A stretch of DNA of 64,000 bases. It comes from Eledone cirrhosa. Its lineage: Eukaryota. How positions within the stretch are numbered: the first letter of the stretch is position 1; every line of letters starts with the position of its first letter. A program made the translations under genes and the position numbers. This document shows positions 34,701 to 46,755 of the stretch, piece by piece. The stretch spans positions 218,860,001 through 218,924,000 of the forward strand of contig OZ024742.1 in assembly GCA_964016885.1 (NCBI GenBank). The letters are read 5' to 3'. The notes under the pieces are model-generated. The model made no database searches. It was not told the origin of the DNA and worked only from the letters and a program-made list of their open reading frames with translations.

Positions 34701-35540
34701 ACCTTAAGATGGGTTAATCCACCTTAATAATAATATGATCACCTTCAGCATAATTTAGTTAAACTACTCTATAGTTAGTGCACTTTATGCTTTAAAAGTC
34801 TCTCTTGGAAGGTGCACCTCACCATAGAATTTAGGGTCCATATTGGGACACATTTTAATGGCTAGATATAGAAACCCCAGAGTTACCTCCCCGCATGCAT
34901 TAACTCCCCTTAGCCACACACACACTTCCGGTATTCAATGGCGTCTCTCGAAACGTAACAACCTCCTGTATCGAACTAAAGAACACCAGACTACGATCTC
35001 TAACTGGATTGTCGTGGATTATGTGAAAGGCATATAATCGAAATATACACTCCCTTGACCATGAAAATGCCGAAGTACATGAATTACTTGACATCCCTGC
35101 GTTGTGCATCTCCAATACTTATAACACTTTTAATGCTTGCACTATCTTTAATACTTATAATATTTCTCCACACACAGACTACATCAATCATATAAAGACT
35201 TTGCCACCAGATCTACCAACCTAACACTCTTATTTACCTACCTAAGTGCCTCTACCACACATATCTCTCTGCCACACTATATAAACAAGACGCACATGCG
35301 TGCCACACATATAACATTTGCACTATATAACCACTTATCTTCATGTTGTACTTTAACCTATATCTTTGATTTTTGATTGTACCTATTAATATAAATGTAA
35401 TCTCGAAGTGTGTACTGCCACTCTAAATTTTGTAATGAATGTTGACCCACAATGTTTGAATATGTATCAATGTTTGAATATGTATTGGTATGTCTCTCGG
35501 CTGAAAAGGAGGTCATATAACTGTCCATGCATTAATAAAT

Positions 35541-35587
35541 TGCTCCGAAGAATCCAAACCTCGGTTTGGAGGAAACAGCTGTAAGCA
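35541..35587 (+). ncRNA. PLE pseudo-LTR minimal hammerhead, U4C variant (copies 39740-39786 +, 32345-32391 -)
   Basis: tgct CCGAAGA a-tccaaacc-tc-ggtttgga-g GAAA cagctg TA agca. Confidence 0.75.
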
Positions 35588-35836
35588 CAATAATGTTTTG
35601 AACAGTTCTTTGATTCTTATATTTCATATAACTGCTCTGTAAATCATCTGATGTTTTTACATTGAGCTACTTAACTTACTGGTAATAAGGTAGTAATACA
35701 TTACTGCCTACCACTATTTAGGGTGTGTGTAAAATACTTACAACTGCTTAAGGTTTTGTGTTTACATAACCATAAATAGTATAACTAATACTATTAACTG
35801 CTCCATATCGTTGAGCTGACATATAATATTGCCAAT

Positions 35837-38296
35837 ATGCTAATCAAAGACCAACTCCCCATGTCAACCAAGAACATACCAATACCATCCAGGAATACAT
35901 ATGAGAAATTGCTGATCAACAGTGTAAATTCATTTATCAATAGAGTGAGATGGAGGACATTCCATTATGATAGAAACAAATCTAACAACTTGAATAATAC
36001 TAACAATTTTGACTCCTTCGGCTTTAAAACCTTTAAAAGCCCCCCTCATAACACTCTACTTAACTCCTTTGAAAATGACCTAGTTAAACTAGTTAAGAAC
36101 ATTAAATACAATAAGCACCATATTAGAAGCAACACCTTCTTAAACAAACTTAACACTTCTATTAGTGGATTCAAAACTAGTAATAAAATTATTGTACACG
36201 CAGATAAAACTAATAACATATACAGCCTAGATTATATTACTTATAGAAAGTTTATATATAATGAACTACATAAAAGCTACAAAAAAACCACCTTGAAAAA
36301 CTTAGAAGATATTAATGTAGAGGGTTATAATATAGTGTCTAAACTAGGACTACAGAGGCATACACAACCTTTCACTCCGAACCCCCCTAGATTCTCTCTG
36401 AAGGACCATAAGGAGAACTTCATCAGCAACCCCACGATAAGACTTATCTGCCCTTCCAAGTCCGACATTGGTATTATCAGCAAGAAGATTTTGGATAAAA
36501 TCATCCCACAAATTAAACACAAGATACACCTTAAACAATGGGGAAATACGGGTGAAGTAATTGAATGGTTTAAGGATATCAAGAATAATAAGAACAAAAA
36601 ATTTATTCAATTTGATATCAATTCATACTACACCTCTATTTCCCCTATCCTATTAAATAAGGCACTTATCATGGCCATGACCAATAGCGACCTGACTAGA
36701 GCCCAGGTTGATGTCATCCTTGCGGCCCGTAAAACCATAATCACCTTCGAGGACCAACTATGGACACGCAAGGATACGCACAACAACTTCGACATAACCA
36801 TGGGATCTAGTGACTCGGCGCAGGTCACTGATTTGGTCGGCCTATACCTCCTCAATGAAATCCATAAAGACCTCCCTTACCTCAACGGTGGTTTGTACCG
36901 CGATGATGCACTTCTACTCATAGAATATAAAAAATTTAATATAGAAAGAACTAGAAAACAACTGCATAAGACATTCAAAAACTTTAACCTTAGTATCACC
37001 ATGGACAAAAACACTAAAAATGTTAACTTCCTAGACGCCACACTATACCTAGACTCAAAAATATATACACCTTTCCATAAGCCTAATGAGAAACTTATTT
37101 ACGTAGATACCAAGTCTAATCACCCTAGATCAATATTAAACTCTATCTCTAAGGGGGTGTCCAATAGAATCTCTAGTCTGTCCTATGACGCAAACATATT
37201 TAGCAAAAACTCACAATATTACAATCAAGCATTAGCTAGCTCCGGCCATAATATAGAAATAGAGTTCCTACCTAAGAAAACACATAGCTACAACATCATC
37301 TCGCACAACATGTCCATGAGGAAATCTAATAATAGGAATAGCAACCACAAGTACACCAAAGCGGAGGGTGCCACCGGAAGTAACCATTACCATGGAAACT
37401 ACTGTGAGGCCTTAGGAGGAAGCAACACACCAAACACTAAAAGCAAAAATAGAAGAAGAAATAATACATTTTTCAACCCTCCTTTCAACCTAAATGTCTC
37501 CACCAACATACCTAGGGCTTTCTTCTCACTACTAGATAAAAACTTCCCTCTAGGACACAAGTACCACAACCTCTTAAACAAAAACACCATTAAAATCTCA
37601 TACTCTACGACGCCTAACTTAGCATACCACATAGCTAGCAGCAATAATAGTAAAATTAGTTCTTACTTCCAACAAACAAAATCACAACGGGATGCAAACC
37701 CTCTAAATACCACTGTAGCAAGCAACAATAGCAACGGCAGTAACAATAGAAATAACACTAGTATAAGTAATAACACCAGGGTTGTCAACCTGAACACCCA
37801 AAATCCTATATCCACCACACAGACTTCCGCATTGCATTATAACCAGCGGACTAACGCACAGAATAATTGTAACTGTAGAGCTAATAGAACCTGCCCCTTA
37901 GATAAAAAATGCCTAACCAAGGATGTCATATACTCATGCACAGTCACGACTAATAACTCTTCAGAAACCTATGTAGGCTCCACTTCTAACTGCTTCAAAA
38001 TTAGATATAACTCGCACATCCACTCGTTCAAAAAGCACAGCCTAGCCAACTCCACCTCACTTTCTAGCTACATACACTATCTAAAATCTAAAAATAAACC
38101 ATACACACTCAAATGGGAAGTGATAGGCAGCGCGACCTCGTACAAACCACCTAATAAATTCTGTAACCTCTGTATACTAGAGACACACAATATTATCTTC
38201 TCCAACCGTAACCTACTTAACAAAAAATCTGAGGTGTTTGCAACTTGCCAACACCGCCTCAGACATTCCTTCCAAAACTTTAAGCCCTATATATAG
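35837..38296 (+). CDS. PLE reverse transcriptase + C-terminal GIY-YIG endonuclease (819 aa)
   Basis: ADKT, FDINSYY, ITMGS, LYRDD, FLD; linker CNCRANRTC (CxCx5C); VIY..YVG nuclease motif; C-terminal CNLC..E and C.H; uninterrupted ORF. Confidence 0.95.
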   Translation: MLIKDQLPMSTKNIPIPSRNTYEKLLINSVNSFINRVRWRTFHYDRNKSNNLNNTNNFDSFGFKTFKSPPHNTLLNSFENDLVKLVKNIKYNKHHIRSNTFLNKLNTSISGFKTSNKIIVHADKTNNIYSLDYITYRKFIYNELHKSYKKTTLKNLEDINVEGYNIVSKLGLQRHTQPFTPNPPRFSLKDHKENFISNPTIRLICPSKSDIGIISKKILDKIIPQIKHKIHLKQWGNTGEVIEWFKDIKNNKNKKFIQFDINSYYTSISPILLNKALIMAMTNSDLTRAQVDVILAARKTIITFEDQLWTRKDTHNNFDITMGSSDSAQVTDLVGLYLLNEIHKDLPYLNGGLYRDDALLLIEYKKFNIERTRKQLHKTFKNFNLSITMDKNTKNVNFLDATLYLDSKIYTPFHKPNEKLIYVDTKSNHPRSILNSISKGVSNRISSLSYDANIFSKNSQYYNQALASSGHNIEIEFLPKKTHSYNIISHNMSMRKSNNRNSNHKYTKAEGATGSNHYHGNYCEALGGSNTPNTKSKNRRRNNTFFNPPFNLNVSTNIPRAFFSLLDKNFPLGHKYHNLLNKNTIKISYSTTPNLAYHIASSNNSKISSYFQQTKSQRDANPLNTTVASNNSNGSNNRNNTSISNNTRVVNLNTQNPISTTQTSALHYNQRTNAQNNCNCRANRTCPLDKKCLTKDVIYSCTVTTNNSSETYVGSTSNCFKIRYNSHIHSFKKHSLANSTSLSSYIHYLKSKNKPYTLKWEVIGSATSYKPPNKFCNLCILETHNIIFSNRNLLNKKSEVFATCQHRLRHSFQNFKPYI

Positions 38297-40297
38297 CAAT
38301 GTCGGACTGGAACCTAACACCACATCTAGCATCAAACACCAGAGACACACCCTATACTACATACCCAACACTAGCTGATCCATTATAACACAAACAACGA
38401 CATCCCTCTGGAACCCTTCGCAGGGAAAATACTCATTTATACCTCTACGGCAGGTGTGACAACATCCACCCACCTGGACGGCACTACACCGCTCTAAGGG
38501 TAATTTGAGCATGAATTGATCGGTTGGATGGTGTTGGGCAGAGGAAACACCTTCCTTAGACAGATGTAAAATGATTTAATCGAGTAGCGCTGTTGACCAG
38601 TAGGACCGGGCTGCTGAGCGCAGTGAGTGAATGCAATGCAACTGCCGTGCGGGTTGTACGTATATGGATGATCTGACGGTCAGAGAGGGGTCGCGAGGAC
38701 TGCGGATTGACCTTTGGCCTGCCTGGGGACGATTATCTTTCGACATCCAATGTAGCAAGCGATGACCCAGATCTTACCAGAGATCATTGGGTCCTGAAGC
38801 AATCCTGCAATCACCGCGCCTGGTCATATGAGCAGACTACAACCACAGAGATCATTAATTTAGAATCCTCGCTCATCATCTATAATTTCCATTTGTAGCA
38901 CCTTAAGATGGGTTAATCCACCTTAATAATAATATGATCACCTTCAGCATAATTTAGTTAAACTACTCTATAGTTAGTGCACTTTATGCTTTAAAAGTCT
39001 CTCTTGGAAGGTGCACCTCACCATAGAATTTAGGGTCCATATTGGGACACATTTTAATGGCTAGATATAGAAACCCCAGAGTTACCTCCCCGCATGCATT
39101 AACTCCCCTTAGCCACACACACACTTCCGGTATTCAATGGCGTCTCTCGAAACGTAACAACCTCCTGTATCGAACTAAAGAACACCAGACTACGATCTCT
39201 AACTGGATTGTCGTGGATTATGTGAAAGGCATATAATCGAAATATACACTCCCTTGACCATGAAAATGCCGAAGTACATGAATTACTTGACATCCCTGCG
39301 TTGTGCATCTCCAATACTTATAACACTTTTAATGCTTGCACTATCTTTAATACTTATAATATTTCTCCACACACAGACTACATCAATCATATAAAGACTT
39401 TGCCACCAGATCTACCAACCTAACACTCTTATTTACCTACCTAAGTGCCTCTACCACACATATCTCTCTGCCACACTATATAAACAAGACGCACATGCGT
39501 GCCACACATATAACATTTGCACTATATAACCACTTATCTTCATGTTGTACTTTAACCTATATCTTTGATTTTTGATTGTACCTATTAATATAAATGTAAT
39601 CTCGAAGTGTGTACTGCCACTCTAAATTTTGTAATGAATGTTGACCCACAATGTTTGAATATGTATCAATGTTTGAATATGTATTGGTATGTCTCTCGGC
39701 TGAAAAGGAGGTCATATAACTGTCCATGCATTAATAAATTGCTCCGAAGAATCCAAACCTCGGTTTGGAGGAAACAGCTGTAAGCACAATAATGTTTTGA
39801 ACAGTTCTTTGATTCTTATATTTCATATATTTCATATATTTCATATATATATATATATAAAGTTTTCGTGAAATAGTCTTTAAGACTATACAGAGCATTT
39901 GAAGTTTTTTTCCAAATTGAAGGATGAGTATTTTAAACTTTATTTTATCATGAGTTAAGGCTCTATTGATTTGTCCATAGATTTCACTAAATTCTGTTGG
40001 ATAAATCTATATCCTGATTCTTTTTGAGTTGAGTTTGAATTCTTTTTCCCACATCTTACGTTAACTATTTTTCCCATTTTGACGCTATAGTCACTTATAT
40101 ATTATGGAATACTGTTGGCTTTTTGCTACAATATTTTCTATACCTTTCATTTATATATATATATATATATACACACAGATAAATCCACCAATTAATGGTA
40201 GGGTCTAAACCGTATGAAGAACTCAATGTAATCTGTATGTAGAAGATGTCGTGAAGCAAAGTTTAAAATACAAAATTTTCAACGATATAATTCATAG

Positions 40298-40496
40298 AAA
40301 TATTAAAACAATGAAATTAAACAAAAAAACGGTTAATTCATAGTAAAACTCATTATTTTACGATCGTTTCTGGGGGGGGGGGGTAGTTCCCAATAGAATA
40401 GACATACGGGGAACTACCCCCCAGAAACGATCGTAAAATAATGAGTTTTATTATGAATTAACCGTTTTTTTGTTTAATTTCATTGTTTTAATATTT
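40298..40496. repeat. Fold-back palindrome containing the 3' half of a hammerhead
   Basis: Arms mirror around ~40397; right arm ...gggaactacccccca GAAA cgatcg TA aaat. Confidence 0.8.
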
Positions 40497-40500
40497 ATAT

Positions 40501-40736
40501 AGGAGACTGAGGTTAGCTGGACATGCTCACCGACATCCAGAGTTGACATTGCACTCAGTACTACTTTGGGAGCCCCTACATGGACACACTAGAAGAGGAA
40601 GACCAAGGTTAACGTATGTTGATGCCCTAAGGACAGACACTGGTCTGTTGGAGATGCAGGACATGGCAGCGATAATGAGGGACAGAGACCGCTGGAGAGA
40701 ACTCGTCCATGGATCTCGGGAATTTTACCCGCCTTA

Positions 40737-40737
<1 letters not shown>
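40501..40737 (+). mobile_element. RTE-clade LINE 3' fragment
   Basis: RRLRLAGHAHRHPE..LLWEP.HG..RRGRPRLTYVDAL; near-identical copy at 63830-64000 (minus). Confidence 0.85.
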
Positions 40738-40800
<63 letters not shown>

Positions 40801-40806
<6 letters not shown>

Positions 40807-41585
40807 TATAGACATAGAATATTCGAAAATATTCTGTATGTTTATAATAAACATTTTGAAGACCTAATCGCTATAGAATAGAATACGTCACGTATTACAA
40901 TTAGATTCTCGATAAAAGCAAGGGAAGTAATCTACGCGTTTCATTCTTGTTAGAAATCTTCAGGACTACATATCCAGTGCTTTTATCGAGAATGACACAG
41001 CTAGAGACTTATAGAATACTTAGCTGTGTACAGGAACTGGTTTGAAAGAGCGGTTGCCGGTCCGGCAGAAATTAGAAATTGGAATAAATGCTCTGAAATA
41101 GCGATATATCGAGATATATTGCTTTTATCGAGAATCTAATTGTAATACGTGACGTATTCTATTCTATAGCGATTAGGTCTTCAAAATGTTTATTATAAAC
41201 ATACAGAATATTTTCGAATATTCTATGTCTATATTCACATATATATCGCTATTTCAGAGCATTTATTCCAATTTCTAATTTCTGCCGGACCGGCAACCGC
41301 TCTTTCAAACCAGTTCCTGTACACAGCTAAGTATTCTATAAGTCTCTAGCTGTGTCATTCTCGATAAAAGCACTGGATATGTAGTCCTGAAGATTTCTAA
41401 CAAGAATGAAACGCGTAGATTACTTCCCTTGCTTTTATCGAGAATCTAATTGTAATACGTGACGTATTCTATTCTATAGCGATTAGGTCTTCAAAATGTT
41501 TATTATAAACATACAGAATATTTTCGAATATTCTATGTCTATATTCACATATATATCGCTATTTCAGAGCATTTATTCCAATTTA
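40801..41585 (+). mobile_element. Non-autonomous hammerhead-bearing 310-bp unit: inverted copy + 1.5 tandem copies
   Basis: 41121.. repeats at 41431..; 40801-41109 is an inverted full unit; both ends in (TA)n. Confidence 0.88.
41381..41423 (+). ncRNA. Minimal type I hammerhead (mirror copy 40927-40969)
   Basis: gtagtc CTGAAGA t-ttct-aaca-agaa-t GAAA cgcg TA gattac; palindromic ACGCGT stem III. Confidence 0.85.
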
Positions 41586-41903
41586 TATATATATATATAA
41601 CGAAGGAAGTGTGGTAAGGAACCAGGTGGACCATAACGCACCAGAGTACTCAATACTTAGGGTAGTAGAGTGGGTAATTGGAAAAAGTTCAAGACCCCGA
41701 CGGCAGAGCTCAAACCGTTTCGACGGCTATTTCAGAAATAGCCGTCGAAACGGCTTAAGCTCTGCCGTCGGGGTCTTGAACTTTTTCCTATATATATATA
41801 TATATATAGTGTTCTGTATAGAATCAAGTATTGTTGTAAGAGAGACAGAGCAACAACCTGTTTATTTTAAGGAATGATTGAGTAAAAAGGAGGCGGGGAG
41901 GTG

Positions 41904-41976
<73 letters not shown>

Positions 41977-42128
41977 AGTGGATGTGTAGGTGGGGAAATG
42001 GAAAGAGATGAAGGTTTGGCTGTGTGCGAGAGGGGGAGATGGGATGGTTTATATCGTTTTCCAAAATGACGTGCATATATATAACTATGGTAGTTGCATC
42101 AGAAAAAATATCTTTACCAGATATTTCA

Positions 42129-42191
42129 TGATGATGATGATGATGAGGATGATGATGATGATGATGATGATGATAACAATGCTGCTGGTGC

Positions 42192-42254
<63 letters not shown>

Positions 42255-42353
42255 TGGTGGTGAGGATGATGATGATGATGATGATAACAATGCTGCTGGT
42301 GTTGCTGCTGCTGCTGATGATGTTGATGAGGACGATGATGATGGTGATGATGA

Positions 42354-42385
<32 letters not shown>

Positions 42386-42473
42386 ATGATGAGGATGAGG
42401 ATGAGGATGATGATGATGATGATGATGGTGATGGTAACAATGCTGCTGGTGTTGCTGCTGCTGCTGCTGATGT

Positions 42474-42531
<58 letters not shown>

Positions 42532-42580
42532 AACGAAGACCACGGTGATCGTGATGATGCTGATGATGGTGAGGTGATGA
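42129..42580. repeat. Compound (GAT)n/(GCT)n microsatellite with higher-order repeat
   Basis: Recurring aacaatgctgctggt block three times between GAT runs. Confidence 0.9.
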
Positions 42581-42673
42581 TCAATTACATTTTCTCGACA
42601 TGTTTTTCCTCGTAGACTGGTTTCTCTCTCCCCCTTCACCTTCTTTCTTTTTCTCTCTCTCATTAACACCCTT

Positions 42674-42740
<67 letters not shown>

Positions 42741-42789
42741 TTCTATCTATCTATTTATCTATTTATGTAACCCAGAAGTGGGCAGAGTG

Positions 42790-44225
42790 CAAACTATCCT
42801 TGAAAGGTCGCTTTCATAGCGTCCATCATCTACTACCGCTTGACTGTCGTGCCTTGTCCCCGTGAATACCACACCAAGATAGAACGCATGCTCCTCCAGT
42901 TCCTGTGGAAGAAGCAGGCTCCCCTGGTAAGAAGATCCGTCTGCTGTCAGCACCCTTCCAACGGAGGGCTGGGAATGCCGTGGCTGATGATGCGCAAACA
43001 TGCGCTGAGGCTACGGCATCTTCAGGTATTCCTCACCGACCCCCAACTGGTGTGGGCACCGTTTGTGAGACAGGCCTTCCCGCAACTTGCCTCACTGACG
43101 CAGCTGCAGTCCTGAGTCAAGTGGAGACCGAAGAACATGGACGTCTGGCACATTGAATGCGCTCAGGCGCTCACAGTCCTCTGTCAAGCGGGCACAGCAA
43201 TCAGTGGAGACTCCACTTCGACATTCTATGGAGAGTTAGTACGTCACAAGGGCAACGACGTGCTCGGAGAGACTCTGGGCGTCGAAGACGACGAACTCAC
43301 CAGTATGTTTGGTAGGACTTTCCGCCCGGGACCTATGGACAACTTCCAGAGGTCCCTGGCCTGGCAGTGCTACCGATGAACTCTACCAGTTCGAGACAAG
43401 ATCTACAGGCACGGACGCCCCGGCAGGGATCCTTCCAAGAGGACGTGTCCAAGATGCGAGCAGGACATTGAAACCGTCCTGCACGCAATTGTACACTGCT
43501 CGGGCGTAACCGACCTGTGGAACTACGCAGAACAACTGCTGTCGGGTATGGGACAAATCCAGTTGACTGCCGAGTCCATAGTAAGGATCAAACCGCCAAC
43601 CTCTTTCAAAAACGAAAGAGAGGCGGTTTTCCTCTGTATATTGGCTATGGTGAAAGAGGTTATATGGTGGACGAGATTGAGAGGACTGAGAACAGATGCC
43701 TTTATCTCCGGATAACAACTCATTCCCTTCTTTAGGTACCACTTTAGAAGGAGAATCAGAGTGGAGAGAGAGGCACTGCACCCCAGTAAATTTACTGAAA
43801 GGTGGGTGAATGTGGAAAAAATGTCCCGAGTGATTGGGCCTTGAAGGTTGAAGAAGAGAGTAAAAGGAAGAAGGGAGCACTTGCATAACACACTCCTGAA
43901 GTTGAGGGTTGTTCTATCGACGGGGTATTAAACAACGCATTTGTGGCAGCCCCCCCCCCCCCCCCCCCCCCCATTGGAGATTTCGATTGTTTTATTTGTT
44001 TGTTTCAATATTTTTACACGATTGTATGTAAAATCCCCGGCATGTGTCTTTGTTTTGTCCCCTTGTGCGCAAATAAAGAAATATATCTATCTAACTATCA
44101 ATCTGCTATCCATCTATCTATCTATCTATCTATCTATCTATATTTTACACGTTTTTATTGTATGTAAACTTCCCCCTTTGTATTTGTCCCCTTCTTTTGT
44201 GCCCCTGTGGCTAATAAAGAAATAT
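42790..44225 (+). mobile_element. 5'-truncated Tx1-like LINE (copy 2) in (TCTA)n
   Basis: Colinear with ORF2 3' part and 3' UTR of copy 1; stops; two successive 3' ends each followed by (TCTA)n. Confidence 0.88.
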
Positions 44226-44232
44226 ATCTATC

Positions 44233-44291
<59 letters not shown>

Positions 44292-44522
44292 GTCTAACTA
44301 TCTCTCTCACTTCTCTCTAGAATGTGAGTGAAGAAGATCGTGTACTTCTGGTAAAACAGGTGACACCCGACAGGTCTAGACTCAGTCTGACATCAGCTTG
44401 CTACTAGACATGCCAAGGTAAACATGCCACCCGGATACACAGAAAACATGTGTAACGAGAGGGGGAAGAAGGAGGGAGAGAAAAAGATAGTGAGAGAAAA
44501 GGGGTAAAAGATAGGCGGAGAG

Positions 44523-44607
<85 letters not shown>

Positions 44608-44911
44608 AGGAATAGAAAGAGTGTGTCTGTGAAAAAGAGACAGGAGAATTAGGAATCTGCAGGCAAATCGATGGCATTTTATCAAGATGGCTGTAGTGAT
44701 CAGCAATAATCTGGGAATCGATAAGAAAGGATATGCCTTTAAAAGCCAAACCTGCAGGTTGTACGGCCATATTTAACCTAGCGGAAAATATAGTTACTTC
44801 TCTTGGACAACTATATTTCAACTTTGAAATTTTACCATTTTTTTAAGCTAACCGGAAGTTTACACGTCTAGCTTAGACTTAAAATATTGTAAAAGATGAC
44901 TGTTGGTGGTT

Positions 44912-45023
44912 AGGAACTTCATAGTATAATGGTTAAAGCACTCGCACGGCATTCGAAAACTGCGGCGTTCGACTCCTCGCAGGCGCCTTCGTCCCCGTTT
45001 TTCTGACTCTATTTTTCTCAGCT

Positions 45024-45027
<4 letters not shown>
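44912..45027 (+). mobile_element. tRNA-derived SINE
   Basis: A-box tagtataatgg, B-box gttcgactc; no full cloverleaf. Confidence 0.5.
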
Positions 45028-45117
<90 letters not shown>

Positions 45118-45688
45118 ATGGAAAAATTTGAACAGGGACAAAACAGAGAGGCAGTACAACGAATGTTTATTAATTTCACGCTCTGGAGAGTGGGGTGTTG
45201 GTGGGGGACGACGTTTCGGGCATAAGCCCTTCCTCAGGTGAGAAGTGTGTGGGAACAGAGTTCAAAAGGAGTGTAGGGGAGTGGTGGAGAGACATATAGC
45301 GAAAGGAAACGGTGCGAATGAAAAAATAAAAAATAAAGATATATATATATATATGGATATAGATGGATAGATATAGACACACATACATATATATATATAT
45401 GAAGTGTGTGCGTCCCAATAAAAATAACCATAATAATTGACAACCAAAAAATAACAGTTGAGAAAATCGGATAAATTACCTCTCGAGGTAGAAAAAGTGG
45501 TCAAAGACGCGTTTGTCTCTCTTTTACTGTCTTCAGGGTACTTTAACCGATTTTCTTAACTATGATCGATTATTATTATAGTCATAGGTGTTGAGACGCA
45601 CACGTTTCAAATTTCGAATTTTCTCCATATTTCTTAAATCATACACACATGTACATACAGACACCCATATACGTACCTACACACGCAT

Positions 45689-45719
<31 letters not shown>

Positions 45720-46221
45720 CACGTATATACGCGGCGCGCGCGCGCGCACACGCATATATGAATATGTATATATATATATATATAGTAGAATAATCGAGAA
45801 TCGGAATATCAGCCCACGAAATCACGATAAACAATATCCGATATATGTGGCAGAGGGCTCAATAATTTGGAAAAATTAGAGCTATAACTATCGTTAAAAT
45901 ACCAACACATAGAGATCATGCCTAAAATCACCCATGCAGCCGAAAAAGAACGACCAGGAAGATTCGGGTCACTCAAATAAAATATCAATAATTTAATAAA
46001 TTAAATGAATGTAAAAAACTCACCCGGACCCGCTAGAACGATGTTAAATCTAGCTTCTTGGGTTTCTGCAATTCCTTAATCCAATCACTATCAGCCCACA
46101 TAAAAGATATATAAGACTTCTAGAGAAGAGAGGAACGAGGAAAGGCTTCTTCAACGAGTATTTCGTTCCATAATATAGAGGGGACCTGAAGCCAAACAAC
46201 GCACATGGTATTCAGCAAGGG

Positions 46222-46302
<81 letters not shown>

Positions 46303-46564
46303 TATATGCTTACATACACACATATATATATGCATACATACTCATATGATGGCTGAAACTTGAGTTCGAGTAATTCCTTCGCTACTGGTAACATGTAACC
46401 CAGTACAGCCTCTGCATACCCCACCGGCAGCCCCACTTGGCTTGCTTGGTGAGGTGGGTGATTTTGGACACCCTGCGGGATGAAAAATAAAGCCCTTCAA
46501 TGGGCGGAGGAACTCAGGAGAGTCAACGGCAATCCAATCAAGTTTTTTTTATTTTATTATTAAC

Positions 46565-46755
46565 GGGCGGTGGATTGGCAGTATCGGTAGAGGGTCGGAC
46601 GCCATGCTTTGACGCATAGAGTTACGGCCCTTGCCATTCTGAGTTCAAATCCCGCCGAGGTTGACTTTGCCTTTCATCCTTACGGGGTCGATAAAATAAA
46701 GTACCAGTAATGCACTGGGTAATTGCTGGCCTTGTGCCTAAAGTAGAAACAATTA
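46565..46755 (+). mobile_element. SINE family A
   Basis: Full copy, A/B-box-like head (tggcagtatcgg, gagttcaaatcc). Confidence 0.9.

Larger units (their letters stand above)
32139..39829 (+). mobile_element. Intact Penelope-like element (Hydra-clade-like) with inverted and tandem pseudo-LTRs
   Basis: 32139-33637 = reverse complement of 34295-35793; 33663-35630 = 37862-39829 (period 4199 bp, very few differences seen); both ends in (TA)n. Confidence 0.93.

Noticed and set aside
35837-38296. Naiad-type or selenoprotein PLE
   Set aside because: Endonuclease is C-terminal and there are no in-frame TGA codons
41990-42669. Poly-Asp/Ala/Met ORFs
   Set aside because: Trinucleotide microsatellite open in several frames on both strands; no splice context
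45205-45540. Hammerhead-like remnants on the minus strand (CTGAGGA...GAAACGTC at ~45208-45240; CTGAAGA at ~45530)
   Set aside because: Stem I or GAAA is broken; probably decayed PLE ends, not callable as ribozymes
46380-46540. HDV-like ribozyme in RTE-type 5' region
   Set aside because: Could not assign the nested double pseudoknot by eye
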